Assembly (NCBI GenBank): GCA_002269645.1
Contig: NIVC01000070.1
Coordinates: forward strand, 124,001-188,000
Length of the DNA stretch: 64,000 bases
DNA from: Macrostomum lignano
Taxonomy: Eukaryota
Reading direction: 5' to 3'
Shown: in pieces, positions 24,921 through 36,604 of the stretch
Position numbering within the stretch: the first letter of the stretch is position 1
Layout of the letters: every line of letters begins with the position of its first letter
Program-made: the position numbers and the translations under genes
The notes under the pieces: generated by a model
Databases searched by the model: none
What the model was told of the DNA's origin: nothing
The model's input: only the letters and a program-made list of their open reading frames with translations

Positions 24921-25931
24921 TCACTGGAGATAGTTCGGCTTGCGTATGCATTTTTTGATTCTGTCTACATTATAAGTGTTGTGGCTCGGATTAGGAGTTC
25001 GAATGGATGGATTTTCTCTGGTGAATTCGGGCAGGAGCCGGTAGTTGCGCTCGGATATTTGCTGAACTACGCGGTATGGTCCCAACCAAACTGCTGGGTC
25101 AAGGCCTCTGTGATCCGGGTTGCGAACCCAGACCAGCTCACCTACCTCAAAGTTAGGTTTAAAAATGGCTCTATCATAGTAGCGCTTTTGTCTTCTCTGG
25201 GCTTTTCCCCGCAAAGCGCGAATCGTAGCCGATGTTTCGACCAGGGCTTTGTACAGGGTGTGTGCGTAAGATCCGGGATCGTAGTATTCCCTTGGCGGTG
25301 GGTTGTGCTGCAGGTCCAGGGGAATGTCGAGCTCCCTCCCGAAAAACAGCTTTGCGGGAGTGAAGCCGGTGGACTCTGACTCGGTCGTCCAGATCGAAAA
25401 CCCCACAAGCTTAGCAGCCAAAGGCCACTCTATTCTGCGATCAGCACACACTGCCCGAACTTTGGTTTTGATCGTTTGAATAGCTCGTTCTGCCTTGCCA
25501 TTGGCCTGTGGTCTTCTCGCTGTGATTCTAACCATGTCGATTTCGAGTATTCGAGTCAACTCGGCAACCGTAGCGTTAATGAATGCAGTGCCGTTATCTG
25601 AGACAATCTGTTCCATTGTCCCATACCTTACCACCCATTCAGTGAGGATGGCCAGCGCCGTAGTTCCTGCTGAGACATCAGGCACCGGGACAATCTCGAC
25701 GAAGCTGGTGAAACGATCAATCAGCACCAGAAGATACCGCATACCATTAGATTCAGGAAAAGGTCCACAATGGTCAACGTGTACCACCTGATTGGGATAA
25801 CCCGCCAAGGTAGGCTGCAGGGGGGCTCTAATCTTCTTTGTACCCTTCTTAACTCTGGCGCAAGTTTCACATTCGGCAACGATACCTCTTACGTAAGTTT
25901 CAAGGTCAAAGATCAAGAAACGTGCCTTCAA
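24921..25931 (-). pseudogene. Gypsy-1 integrase (catalytic core + GPY/F), separated from RNase H by a frameshift
   Basis: C..C (ECETC), HVDHCGPF, IVSDNGTAF, ANGKAERAIQTIK (DDE), WLGPYRV. Confidence 0.92.
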
Positions 25932-27343
25932 TGCCGCCGTGGTTTTATTGGCTCCTGAATGGTTGCCGCTCTGTGGTACTTGATTACTAATTCATCTAAA
26001 TTTGCAGAGGATGGAATTATCAACTGCTTAACACTCGGTTTGCCTTTTCTTGTTGGCTTTGTGCGGTAGAGCAAGCCATTTTCAACTGACAGTTCGTTAT
26101 ACAGAGCCCAGAGAGTTTTAATTTCTCGACTACAATCTTGAATATCCTGTTTGCTAAGTTTCGGTTCGGAGCCAGCTACGGATTGCTTGATTCTCAGCAG
26201 ATCTACGTTTGACTCTTGAGCCAGCGTCACCCAATCCACATCTACTCTCTCATCAGCCTCACTCTGTGGTAGGCTTAATTCGCTTGCATCATCAGCGGCT
26301 TGATTCGCTAGGCTGGTTCCAATGTGGAAGGAATGACTACCGCTCGTTCTGTCACTCTCCGCACTTTGGTCATTGTTAGAATTAGTTGCGATTTTAGCCA
26401 CCTGAACCTTAGGTTTTGTCACTTGAATTTGGCTATCTTCAGAGGTTTCTTTCTGGTTTGTGCCTGATGGATCAGTCTGGATCGCTTGGCTAACTGAGTG
26501 AAAGCTATTATACCGACTCTCCTTGCCGTGGTCATCATTCCTAGTGGGTTCACACATGGTTGGTTGATCTAAAAAGTGTGTACCTTCGGTTTGAGTCGAA
26601 GCCTCGTGCTTTTTTAATTTATCGCAGTCTATTTTAACGGCTCTAACGGCGCTAATTTGGCATCCGAACCTGGCCTGAAACTCTGGAATACGAGAGCAAG
26701 ATGGGCAGTCGAAATGGTCCGGACGGAATTTGGGATTGCGACTGAGAGTGTCGGCATTAATGTGGCTCTCCCCAGGCCTATGTTCCACGGAGAAGTCAAA
26801 GTCTGCCAAGCGTTCCAGCGGCGTCTGCTCAACGCTAAAGTTGTAAGGCTCTAGGATCACAAGCCACTGGGCTAGCATTCCCGTAGCGTGTTTTTTGGAA
26901 TGAAGCCATTTAAGCGCCACGGCGTCAGTTCGGACGACGAAAGGCCTGTCTAAGAGGTAAGTGCGGAACTGCTCTAGCATGATAATCAAACCGAGCAGCT
27001 CGCGCATTGTTGCACAATAATTTCTTTGTGCATTGTTGAACTTCTTCGAAGCGAATGCTATCACATGCTCTTTACCAGCTTTGCCAACCTGGGACAGGAC
27101 TCCTCCCACCCCCAGGCCAGAGCTGTCACAGTCTAGCACGAAGGGGCCGGCTTCTGGACGCATATCCGGGTACGCCAGAGTTGGAGGATTGCAGAGACTG
27201 TCCTTTAACTTTTTGAAAGCTTCTTCGTGCTTTTCTTCCCAGTGAAACCTATCGGAGTTAGCGATAGCGTACAGTGGAGCCGCTATGATCGAGAATTTTG
27301 GCACAAATTTGCGGTAATAGTTCGCAAAATTTAAGAACGACAA
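25928..27343 (-). pseudogene. Gypsy-1 RT connection/RNase H and spacer
   Basis: FLNFANYYRKFVPKFS, FVLDCDSSGLGVGGVLSQ, NYCATMRELL, FVVRTDAVAL, HRPGESHINADTLSR. Confidence 0.92.
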
Positions 27344-27444
27344 GATTGTTTCCCTGTCTTTGGTCTACACCAACTCTGGACGGCCTCTGTTTTGCTGGGG
27401 TCCGTCTCGATTCCATCCGCCGATACTACAAATCATAAAAACTT

Positions 27445-28140
27445 TTATTTTTCCCTAAAAAGCTCGCATTTTGCTGGCTTAATTTTTAGGTTTGCCTTTT
27501 GTAGTTGCCAAAACACTAGCGCTAGGTTTGTTATCATTTCGCTACTAGTTCGAGCTTTGATAATGACGTCGTCAAGATAGACGAGACTAACTCTCATCAG
27601 CAAGGGTTTGAGCACACGGTGCATCAGCTTAGCAAAGTTAGATGGTGCCGTTTTAATACCGTATGGCACAACTCGCGAACGGAATGTGCCCTGGGGGCAA
27701 GAAAAAGCCGTATTGTCTCGGTCTTGCTCTCTAATTCCTACCTGCCAGTATGCACTTGTTAAATCTAGTGTTGAAAAGATAGTAGAGTCGGCAAGGCTAT
27801 CAAACGTTTCATCCATTACTGGGAGCGGAAAGCTACACGGCTTTATTAGCTTGTTGACCGCTCTGTAGTCAACACACATTCTGTAAGACTGGTCCTTCTT
27901 TTTCACTAGGACAATTGGTGATGCCCACTCGGAATCACACTCTTCTACTATGCCCTGCTCCATGTAAAGCTGTTCTATATATTTGTCAAGGAATTGTTTT
28001 TGAGCCGGAGTGGTGCGGCGTGATGGCTGCGCGATCGGCCGACAGCTAGGGTCTTTCAGTTCGATAGCTAGTTCATGCAATTGGGTTCTCGAGATGTCGT
28101 GCTCACTACGAGAGATTTGACTTAAGAAATAGTTAAGCAT
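27445..28140 (-). pseudogene. Gypsy-1 reverse transcriptase core (premature stop at 27445)
   Basis: SEWASPIVLVKKKDQSYRMCVDYRAVN, FSTLDLTSAYWQV, VPYGIKTAPSNF, VYLDDVII. Confidence 0.93.
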
Positions 28141-28360
28141 TTTCAGTGTAGTTGCTAACTGGTTCCTCGCTGAGTTTGGTCTCTGTTAGCCAAAATTGGT
28201 TTGACAGCCACTTCGCTGTACCTTCATCTGGGCTGGGCAGCTGATTGAATTTCTTAAGGAGCTGATCAGTGTTTTCGATTTTGAAGTCTTTTTCAGAAAT
28301 TGAAGTTTTACTGATTGTCTCGTTTGGCCCCAATCTTCTCTTCTGAGTGATACTGGTTCT

Positions 28361-30247
28361 TCACTGGTGTTTAAGACCCGCAGCAAGATGTGATTGGAAC
28401 TGCTTACTTGGTCTATCGAGTGTGCTATTAAGAGGCTCGAGTCGTTCGCAAAAATCTTGCCACCCCACGGAGCCGCAGGTGTTAGGCTCACTGTCTATCA
28501 CCCTCCCAGGGATTAGAGTCTCCGACCTGGACAGGAGTTCGACATTGCAAGCCGCCAGCACTCTCCTGACTTGGAAGATGCTACTGTCCCCTTCGATGAC
28601 AGGAATAAGCTCACCTCCAGCAGTCGCTCGACCCTCTGCCACCAATAAATTAATCTGAAAATTCCGCATGAAATCGATCTCAAAGAGAGTGTCGGAGATC
28701 GAGTGTTCTATGACTAGGAAAACGTGCGGCTTTGTCTCATTCGCTACTTGAACCTCGCAAACTAACTTGCCAAGGATTCGGCTGGAGGCACCATTGAATC
28801 CCGAAGCTGACTGCACTGTAGTTGCGGCCGTGAAGCGATTATTGATAGGATCGGCTGCTAACAGTTTGTCCCGAATTTCTGGGCTGATGATGGACGCATT
28901 TGAACCACTATCTAGACACCCAATCAGCTTAATGTCTCCCACAGTGGCCTGCAGGTAGTAGCCGGAACTGGAGGACTCTGCCCTAGACAAGGTTTGGCTG
29001 CACCAGACATCCTGGTTACTACACCAGACATCAACAGCACGGTCGTTTTTCTTGCCCTTGTCGGCTAGCCGGATAAACTCAACGGACGCTCCGACAATCT
29101 GATGGGCGGGGACAAGATCCTTTAACTCGCTGCTGAGTTGCGAGAAGTGTACGAAAACAGAGTCTCCCAGAGGCAGAGACTGGATGAATCCGTAGGCATT
29201 TGACCAGTGGGAAATTCTACCCAGTTCTTTTTCCAGTTTAGCTGAGCCTTTTTGTGTGGGCTGCCTCGGGTGGCGCCATGAGAATTTACCGTTTTCAGGT
29301 GCACCTGAGCCAGGGCACTCTGCTACCAGATGATCAGCTGAACCGCACCTGAAGCAGTGCCGCTTGCCTGCGTGCCTGCCTGTGATAGGCGCATTGTACC
29401 TCGGTGGTTTATCAGTGGCAGTGTGCAAAGCCTGTGGTCTAAATCCCCCAGTAGGCTGGCTATTAAATTCGTGTTCGAACTTGCCCCTATGCTTGGCTTC
29501 TGTCTCAAGTTCTTGGATCCTGTTTTTGAGTCGGCTTATCTCGTCTACTTCTAACTGCAGGATTTTGCTTGTCTCAGTCGGTTTCAGCAGCTTCTGAATG
29601 TCTAGAAAACTTTTGGCTTTCTTCAGGAGGTCTTGAAGGGTTGCTTTGGGTGACTCCTGGGTCATTGTAATTAGTTTCTCAGCTAGATTTTTGTCTAGAA
29701 CTCCATAACAAAAACGTGAGCGAACCAATGGATCACTGTGTGGAGCAGAAATTTTAGCTGCGGTGGCTAGGGCTACAAGACGGTCACAGAATTCTAGAAT
29801 TCCTTCGCCATCAGCTTGGTGGGCAACTGTCAGCTCAATGTAAAATTTATCGGTACTGCTAGAGTCCGTGTACCGCTCGCGGAGAGCTTCTAATGCTGCT
29901 GGAAACGCTAGATCCTGTAGTTTGCTATTGTAGTAAAACTCTTGGACTTCTGGCGATAGTAGAGAGAAAAGAACACCGCTACAGTGCTCCCGCTGAACTC
30001 TGTTAACGCTTAAATAGGCCCGAAGTTGTGTCTCCCAGAGCTCAAATCTGATTTTAGGGTGGTAGCAAGGTTGGGCTTTCAGCTTTTCCTCAGGCACTCT
30101 CGCATAGTCAAGCTTAGCATCCAAGTTGCCCAGCGTTCTGTCAAGACTTCTTAAAATAGCACCCACACTACTCTCAGTAGCAATTTGGTTTAACTCCGCC
30201 TCATTTTGAGCCTTCTCAGTCTCAGGCAGCTTAATGGGTTCACCCAC
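28361..30247 (-). CDS. Gypsy-1 Gag - CCHC zinc knuckle - cold-shock domain - aspartic protease ORF
   Basis: Gag-like helical region; CFRCGSADHLVAEC (29315-29356); CSD LGRISHWSNAYGFIQSLPLGDSVFVHFSQL...GASVEF...RAVDVW (29024-29227); protease CLDSGSNASII (DSG 28904-28912). The track start is GTG and the frame is open further upstream, so the true start is uncertain. Confidence 0.9.
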   Translation of the reverse strand: MGEPIKLPETEKAQNEAELNQIATESSVGAILRSLDRTLGNLDAKLDYARVPEEKLKAQPCYHPKIRFELWETQLRAYLSVNRVQREHCSGVLFSLLSPEVQEFYYNSKLQDLAFPAALEALRERYTDSSSTDKFYIELTVAHQADGEGILEFCDRLVALATAAKISAPHSDPLVRSRFCYGVLDKNLAEKLITMTQESPKATLQDLLKKAKSFLDIQKLLKPTETSKILQLEVDEISRLKNRIQELETEAKHRGKFEHEFNSQPTGGFRPQALHTATDKPPRYNAPITGRHAGKRHCFRCGSADHLVAECPGSGAPENGKFSWRHPRQPTQKGSAKLEKELGRISHWSNAYGFIQSLPLGDSVFVHFSQLSSELKDLVPAHQIVGASVEFIRLADKGKKNDRAVDVWCSNQDVWCSQTLSRAESSSSGYYLQATVGDIKLIGCLDSGSNASIISPEIRDKLLAADPINNRFTAATTVQSASGFNGASSRILGKLVCEVQVANETKPHVFLVIEHSISDTLFEIDFMRNFQINLLVAEGRATAGGELIPVIEGDSSIFQVRRVLAACNVELLSRSETLIPGRVIDSEPNTCGSVGWQDFCERLEPLNSTLDRPSKQFQSHLAAGLKHQ

Positions 30248-30870
30248 CAGGGGTGCGCCTTGAGATCCAGTGGCTGATATTGAGATAAAAAAGAGGTGTG
30301 CCAGTGCAAAGTATAGACTAAAAGTACAGAGACGAAAGGAAGAAAAAACCTACACGCGTACATACACCTTTGAACAGCCAGGTAAGCTCAGCCAAACAGC
30401 CCAAAATGAAGTAACCACACTCACAACTGTGATGAAACTCTTGGAGATATTTGGCCGTTGAGTACAATGTACAGACTGCCGTCCTGTGTATACGCTTCGC
30501 TTAGACCGGATGGCTGTGGCCTTGTAGGGTGGCTAGGGGTGGTGGTCTCGTGGTCCAGTCGGCAGCTTAGGTGAGCCTCAGAGCTGTTGCTTACGATGAG
30601 TTGACCGGCTGGGGTTTTGACGCGCCAGTAGCTACGAGCGTATTGATTATTTTCGCTTGGCCTTGGGTCTAGATGTAGAGCTGACTCACGGTTTTAGACA
30701 AGTTGAAACGAAATTGTGCTGACTCAGCTTCGCTCCAATGCTGTAAGGCCTGGTTGCGTTTGCAGATAGCTATTGTGTACCCGGCTAAAATTATTGTGTC
30801 GCAGTGCTGATCAGAATGGAAGCCTGAATGCTGACGGACGCCTGATGATGATGACTGATGTGAAGAGTTC

Positions 30871-30886
30871 GGTGGTAGGACCTCCA
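30871..30886 (-). promoter_or_regulatory. Primer binding site of Gypsy-1, tRNA-Gln-like
   Basis: Minus strand TGGAGGTCCTACCACC, 6 nt inside the 5' LTR; resembles the complement of the animal tRNA-Gln 3' end (TGGAGGTCCCACCG, from memory) with 2 mismatches in 14. Confidence 0.6.
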
Positions 30887-30892
30887 AATTGA

Positions 30893-31002
30893 TGTAACGA
30901 GTCCAGTATATTTTATATCACTTAGCACAGTCGGGACTATTAGTATTAGCAGCATGTATGGTTGAGCGGCTATACGCCTGTCAGACCTGGACGTTTAACT
31001 AG
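30893..31002 (-). repeat. Gypsy-1 5' LTR remnant (110 nt)
   Basis: Matches 22228-22338; similarity stops abruptly after TTTAACTAG. Confidence 0.9.
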
Positions 31003-31079
31003 TGAATGAGTGGTTTATATTGGCTTATTATCTTTTATGGCCTAAATTAAATTATGTGTTTCACCCAAAGTAAGAGCTA

Positions 31080-31384
31080 AAAAGCCCCCCCCCCCACACC
31101 CCTGGCATTAGTTGGTCTAGTGGTATAGTGGGGGGGCTGGCCGCCCCCCACGCCCCTGGCATTAGTTAATCTAGTGGAATATAATGTATGAAAAAGCCCC
31201 CCCCCCACACCCCTGGCATTAGTTAGTCTAGCGGTCTAGTGGGGGGCTGGCCGCCCCCCGCGCCCCTGGCATTAGTTAGTCTAGTGGAATATAATGTATG
31301 AAAAATCCCCCCACGCCCCTGGCATTAGTTAGTCTAGTGGAATATAATGTATGAAAAATCCCCCCACGCCCCTGGCATTAGTTA
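31080..31384. repeat. GC-rich composite minisatellite (six CCCCTGGCATTAGTT units, 52-58 nt period)
   Basis: Alternating GGGGGGCTGGCCGCCCCCC palindrome-bearing and GAATATAATGTATGAAAAA-bearing units, most with an internal CTAG. Confidence 0.85.
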
Positions 31385-31412
31385 GTGAAATAAAGTCAAG
31401 ACAACACTTCTA

Positions 31413-34400
31413 TCTAAATATACTAAATCTCTAAGGTTTGTATGTCCATAACGCTCTAGAGATCGCAATTTCTATCTAAATATACTAAATCTCTAAGGTT
31501 TGTTTGTATGCTTGAATGAATGTCCATAACGCTCTAGAGTGAGCAATTCTTCACCGATTTTGATCGCGTTTTCGCCAAAAGATTCAAAATTGTCTGGAAA
31601 GAAGACAGTTAAAATTTATTTAATCTGCTCCAATGCTAAAGGGATTAAATATTCGAAAAACTGTTTTAAATGGCCTTTTTCAATGCAAAATTTTATCAGC
31701 GAAAAACTTCACAGCCAATTTTAATGATTGCGCCAGAGCGAACTGATCAGAAAACTCATGAGCCCCACTGCCCAGATAATTACTCTATTTAAATTGCGCA
31801 ACCATACCAGGGGTCAAAAATAAAATTATTCTGGAGGCTAGCAGCGAGCTCTTCAAGCGTCAAAGATCTGTTTTTCGTAACGCTCTACAGACTGCAATTC
31901 TTGACCAATTTTGATCGCGTTTTCGCCAAAAGTTTTGTAATTATCTGGAAAGAGGACAGCTAAAATTTCTTTAATCTGCTTCAATGCTAAAGGTATTAAT
32001 TGCAACATTTTTTATTAATTAGCAAATAATTTTTGCTACTTGGCACAAGCCAATTATCAAATTTGATTTTAAAAAACTGCTTCGTGTATTACTGATCCCA
32101 TCAACGAGTACTGCCTCGCACCATGAAAGTATGAAATTGCTATTAAACTGCAGACCATGCTGTTAAAATTGCTTAAAGGTATTGCTAAATTTTGAGCTTT
32201 TTAAGAATGCCGATATGTACTGAAAATTGTTTAGTGAGCCGTAAAATGCTGAGCACATTTTTAGATCATTGGAAGATTGGAAGATTATTGGAAAGGAGAA
32301 CAGAAGATGCTGAGGGGAACTGCAGATTGTCAAAGGGATCATTCATGCAGACTGCAAAGGGAAAAATGGAACAAACTGCTGAGGTAGTTCCTCCACACTT
32401 ATGAGTGCATAGCAGCAAACTGTTGAGGGGATAACTATCTACAGAGTTTAAAGTGGATAATAGCTGTGAAGAATTAAGTGCAAAATGTTGAGTGGATAAC
32501 TGCGGACTGCTGAGTGAAGTATTGTAGTTTGCTGATGTTAATGAAATTGTAGTTTGCTGATGTTAATGAAAGTTGTAGACGGCACAGTGGATATCTGCAG
32601 GCTGCTAAGAGTATGACTGCAGTCTGTTTGTGGGATTAGAAGTGATAGCTAATTTCTGGATGTTGTGGAAATAACTGCCGATTTCTGGGGGGGGGGTTAC
32701 CTTCAAACTGCCGAAGTTACTAAACTTCCTAAATTTAGTTTGAATCTTGAATCTTGAAATAGAAGTTTTAGTACCTGCCGAAGTTACTAAACTTCTTGAA
32801 TAGTATAAGGCTTTTAGCAGAAGGTCGGCAGTTCGAGTCTGTATTGAAGCAGCGAATTTATCTTTGTGACAATAATCATTGTTTCCTATGAGGATTCATG
32901 CAAATTTTTAGCATTTTCATTTATAGATTGCTAAACTGCAGAAAGCTTTGGTAAAGTATTGTAATTTTTTTAATAAAAACTTTTAAAGAGAAGAAAACGC
33001 AACGGAAGAAAAAGCGAACAAGAATCATCATATCAATCATAAATGAAGCGCCCTGTCGAACGTAAAAGTCTCATCGGGAATTGCTTAGACTGTTAAGACT
33101 GCTAAGACTATTGCTACGAGCATAATGCTGGTATGGGAAATTGCTGTGATATCAAGACTCACGGTAGAATTTATAAGATCTCAAGGCTCAGGGGGAATTG
33201 CTATAATTATGTCATTCTGGGGAGAATTGCTTTGATTTCAAGGTTCATTTGTGAAATTGCAGAAATAAATTGTTGAAATGCAAGTGCCAAGATATCAAAA
33301 GGTTAGTCACTCAATTTTCAGGCTCATGGGGAAATTGCTAACATTTCCAAAGCTCATTGGGGAATTGCTGAAATTCTACTACAAGGTTTATGGTTTTGGT
33401 TCAATTATAGAGCGATCGTCGTGACAATCATTAATTATCCATCGAGGAGTTGCTAAGATTAAATGCTCTTGGGGGGAAAACTTAAATGCTTTGGCTCTAC
33501 TACGGGGAATTGCTGACAGGTCAAGGCTTTCGGTGAAATTCAGATTACAAAGCTTATTTATGAGGAAGTTACTTTAATGCTGAGGCTCAAAGCTTATGGT
33601 GGAAATTGCTAACACGCCAAGACTCACTTATGGGTTAGGGTGACCATTAATTAAAGACTTGTTTAGATATAATCAAAGTTGATTGTTGAATCGCTCTGTT
33701 GACAAAGCTCATAAAGAAATAGCTGAGTTATCAAGGCTTATAAGGGTATTGCTGAATTCTTGGGAAAAGTGAGTTGGGTTGTTGGTATGTCAAGGCTTAC
33801 TGCGCTGGGAGAATTGCGTGATGTCAAGGCTCGAGTTTAATTGCTGAGATTTCAAGGCTTACTGAGGGAATGGCTGATATGTCAAGGCTTACTGGGGAAA
33901 TGCTGAGATGTCAAGGCTTACTGGGGCAATTGCTGAGATTTCAAGGCTTACTGGGGGAATTGCTGAGATGTCAAGGCTTACAGGGGAATTGCTGATATGT
34001 CAAGGCTCATGGACGATGGCTGAATTTTTTGGGGGGGGGGGGTTACTAGGTTATTGGGCGATTGTCAGATAGTCAGGTAGTACGGCTCAAGTAGCTCATG
34101 TAATTCAGATAATGAAGTAGTACACACAAGTGATGCTGATTTCTGCTAATAGAAATATCAGCGCATTTATTAAAGGTTTGATTCTTTGATTTAGGCTAAT
34201 AAACAGAGAGGGTCTAAGGCCGTCAGGGATTTGCATTTTGAGCTCCTGCTGCGGATCAGAATATGCCCCGGCCAGTGACGATATTCACTAGGAGTTTGTG
34301 CTTGAACGGATAAGCACGATTTGCTGATTGAAAAAGGGTTTTGGGCTGATGAATGAAACTTTTTGGCTAATGAAAGTTCTGATTCATAGCAACTTATTTT

Positions 34401-34536
34401 TCAAACGTGAGAAAAGGTATTTTTTGATTAATGGAAATCAACATTTTGGATAATTATAGTAAGGTTGCTGTTGTGCCAAAATAAAAACCAATTGGTGTCA
34501 TTTTCAAGGCTCCCCAGAGGGGGGCTAAATGGCTAG
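31413..34536 (+). mobile_element. Non-autonomous Helitron H1
   Basis: 5' A|TCTAAATATACTAAATCTC at 31413 (second start at 31475); 3' GCTCCCCAGAGGGGGGC hairpin (34509-34525) then ATGGCTAG ending 34536; internal degenerate GAATTGCTGAGATGTCAAGGCTTA repeats at about 33800-34010. Confidence 0.75.
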
Positions 34537-36604
34537 TCCTATATACTAAAAATGAGTTGTCTGTATGTATGTATGTATGTATGTATATGGGTATGCGATA
34601 GATTTCAGAAAAATTGGCTCAACCGATTTTCTTCAAACTTGCACCATTCGATCAGAAATTTTTCTGGGACGGTACATGCATCCTGGCTAAGAAATTGCTC
34701 AATGTTAAAGGGATTAAATACTCGAAAAACATGCTTTTTTGCAAAGGTCAAGCAGCTCTTTCGACCTGAAATGCATTGTAAGAATGCTAGAGAAAAAAAC
34801 TGACTGGCTGAATTCCGATTGTGATAAAGATTGCATCACAAGTTGAAAACAGTGCCCAAGAAATGCACACACGACTTGATTTAAATTGCGTAACCATATT
34901 GCTAACTTAAATTGAGACTGATGACGCTGACTGAGAAATATATGTCTGACTTACTTTTTACTCCAAAGTATGTCTGAAGAAACTTTTTACTCCAATTGAC
35001 TTGCTGTAAGAATTGAATTATAAGGGCCACAATTCATGTTCTCCAATTGAAAAGAGATAGCCCTGATGCGAACAGACTGGAATGCTAATGTAGCCACCTG
35101 GGTTCGAATCTTATTAGTGCAAAAAGATTTTTTTTATTAAAACACCTTAAAAACACAACAAAACTGCTAAACATCAAAGAAGCGCAATGTCAAACATAGA
35201 AGAGCCACCCTGTCGAACATTAAAGAGCCACCATGTCAAACATAAAAACCCACCATGTCAAACATAAAAGAGCCACCATGTCAAGCATAGAAGAGCCACC
35301 ATGTCTAACATAAAAGAACCACCATGTCGAACATAAAAGAGCCACCATGTCAAACATTAAAGAGCCGCAATGTCAAACATTAAAGAGCCACCATGTCTAA
35401 CATTAAAGAGCCACCATGTCGAACATTAAAGAGCCACCATGTCTAACATTAAAGAGCCACCATGTCTAACATTAAAGAGCCACCATGTCTAACATTAAAG
35501 AGCCACCATGTCAAACATAGAAGAGCCACCATGTCAAACATAAAAGAGCCACCATGTCGAACATAAAAGAGCCACCATGTCGAACATAAAAGAGCCACCA
35601 TGTCAAACATATATGTGACTCCATGTCAAACATTAAAGAGCCACCATGTCTAACATAAAAGAGCCACCATGTCAAACATTAAAGAGCCACCATATCAAAC
35701 ATTAAAGAGCCACCATGTCAAACTTAAAACAGCCACCATGTCAAACATAAAAGGGCCACCATGTCAAACATATATGTGACTCCATGTCAAACAGTAAAGA
35801 GCCACCATGTCAAACATTAAAGTGCTACCATGTTAAACATAGAAGAGCCACCATGTCTAACATTATTGAGCCACCATGTCGAACATTAACGAGTCACCAT
35901 GTCAAGTATATTCGTGACTCCATGTCAAACATAGAAGAGCCACCATGTCGAACATTAAAGAGCCACCATGTCAAACATATATGTGACTCTATGTCAAACA
36001 GTAAAGAGCCACCATGTCAAGCATAAAAGAGCCACCATGTCAAACATTAAAGAGCCATATTGTCAAACATTAAAGAGCCACCATGTCGAACATTAAAGGG
36101 CCACCATGTCAAACATAAAAGAGCCACTATGTCAAACAATAAAGAGACACCATGTCAGACATTAAAAAAACCCCGAATCAAACATAAGAGAGCCACCATG
36201 TAGAACATTAAAGAGCTACCATGTCAAACATTAAAGAGCCACCATGTCAAACATAAAATTTACACAATTTCAAACGTAAACGTAAGCGTCATGCCAATTT
36301 TAAAGGAGCCACTATAGAGCTAAGGAAATTGTAGCACTAGCTACTTATTGTATGGTGGATGCTTAATATTTGGGGATGCTTGCTATCTGGGGGATGCTTG
36401 CTATCTGGGCGATGCTTGCAATCTGGGAGATGCTTGCTATCTGGGGGATGCTTGCTGTCTTGGGATGATTTCTTTTTGCATTACACTTTATTTGAGCAGT
36501 TTGTCTGTCGTCTTTGTGAAGGCTTTTTTTGGCTGTCTTTTTGTTACTTGTAGAGAACAGAGATTCTATACAGATGTCCCCCAACGGGGGGCGAAGATTG
36601 CTAG
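34537..36604 (+). mobile_element. Non-autonomous Helitron H2 (deletion derivative of the H7 family)
   Basis: 5' TCCTATATACTAAAAATG + (GTAT)n; first ~400 nt closely match 53126-53520; 3' CCCCCAACGGGGG hairpin + GATTGCTAG. Confidence 0.85.
35170..36255 (+). repeat. 23-nt satellite (AAAGAGCCACCATGTCAAACATT)n inside H2
   Basis: Period 23 measured at 35381/35404; occasional CATATATGTGACTC variant units. Confidence 0.95.

Larger units (their letters stand above)
22228..31002 (-). mobile_element. Gypsy-1: Ty3/Gypsy LTR retrotransposon, frameshifted, 5' LTR truncated
   Basis: Order on minus strand: LTR remnant, PBS, gag-CCHC-CSD-protease, RT, RNase H, integrase, PPT, LTR. It sits in the intron upstream of gene B CUB5; homology to gene A intron (GTCTTGT at about 3854) ends exactly at the LTR start. 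Confidence 0.95.

Noticed and set aside
24049-24933. 294-aa plus-strand ORF with (HWTAPGS)n, considered as an antisense gene or env
   Set aside because: It is the antisense reading of the 21-nt repeat region; no signal peptide or TM, and the minus frame has the typical integrase-tail motif.
30841-30870. CTGATGA motif in the Gypsy-1 leader as a hammerhead core
   Set aside because: No downstream GAAA/stem III; it is part of a (TGA)n run.
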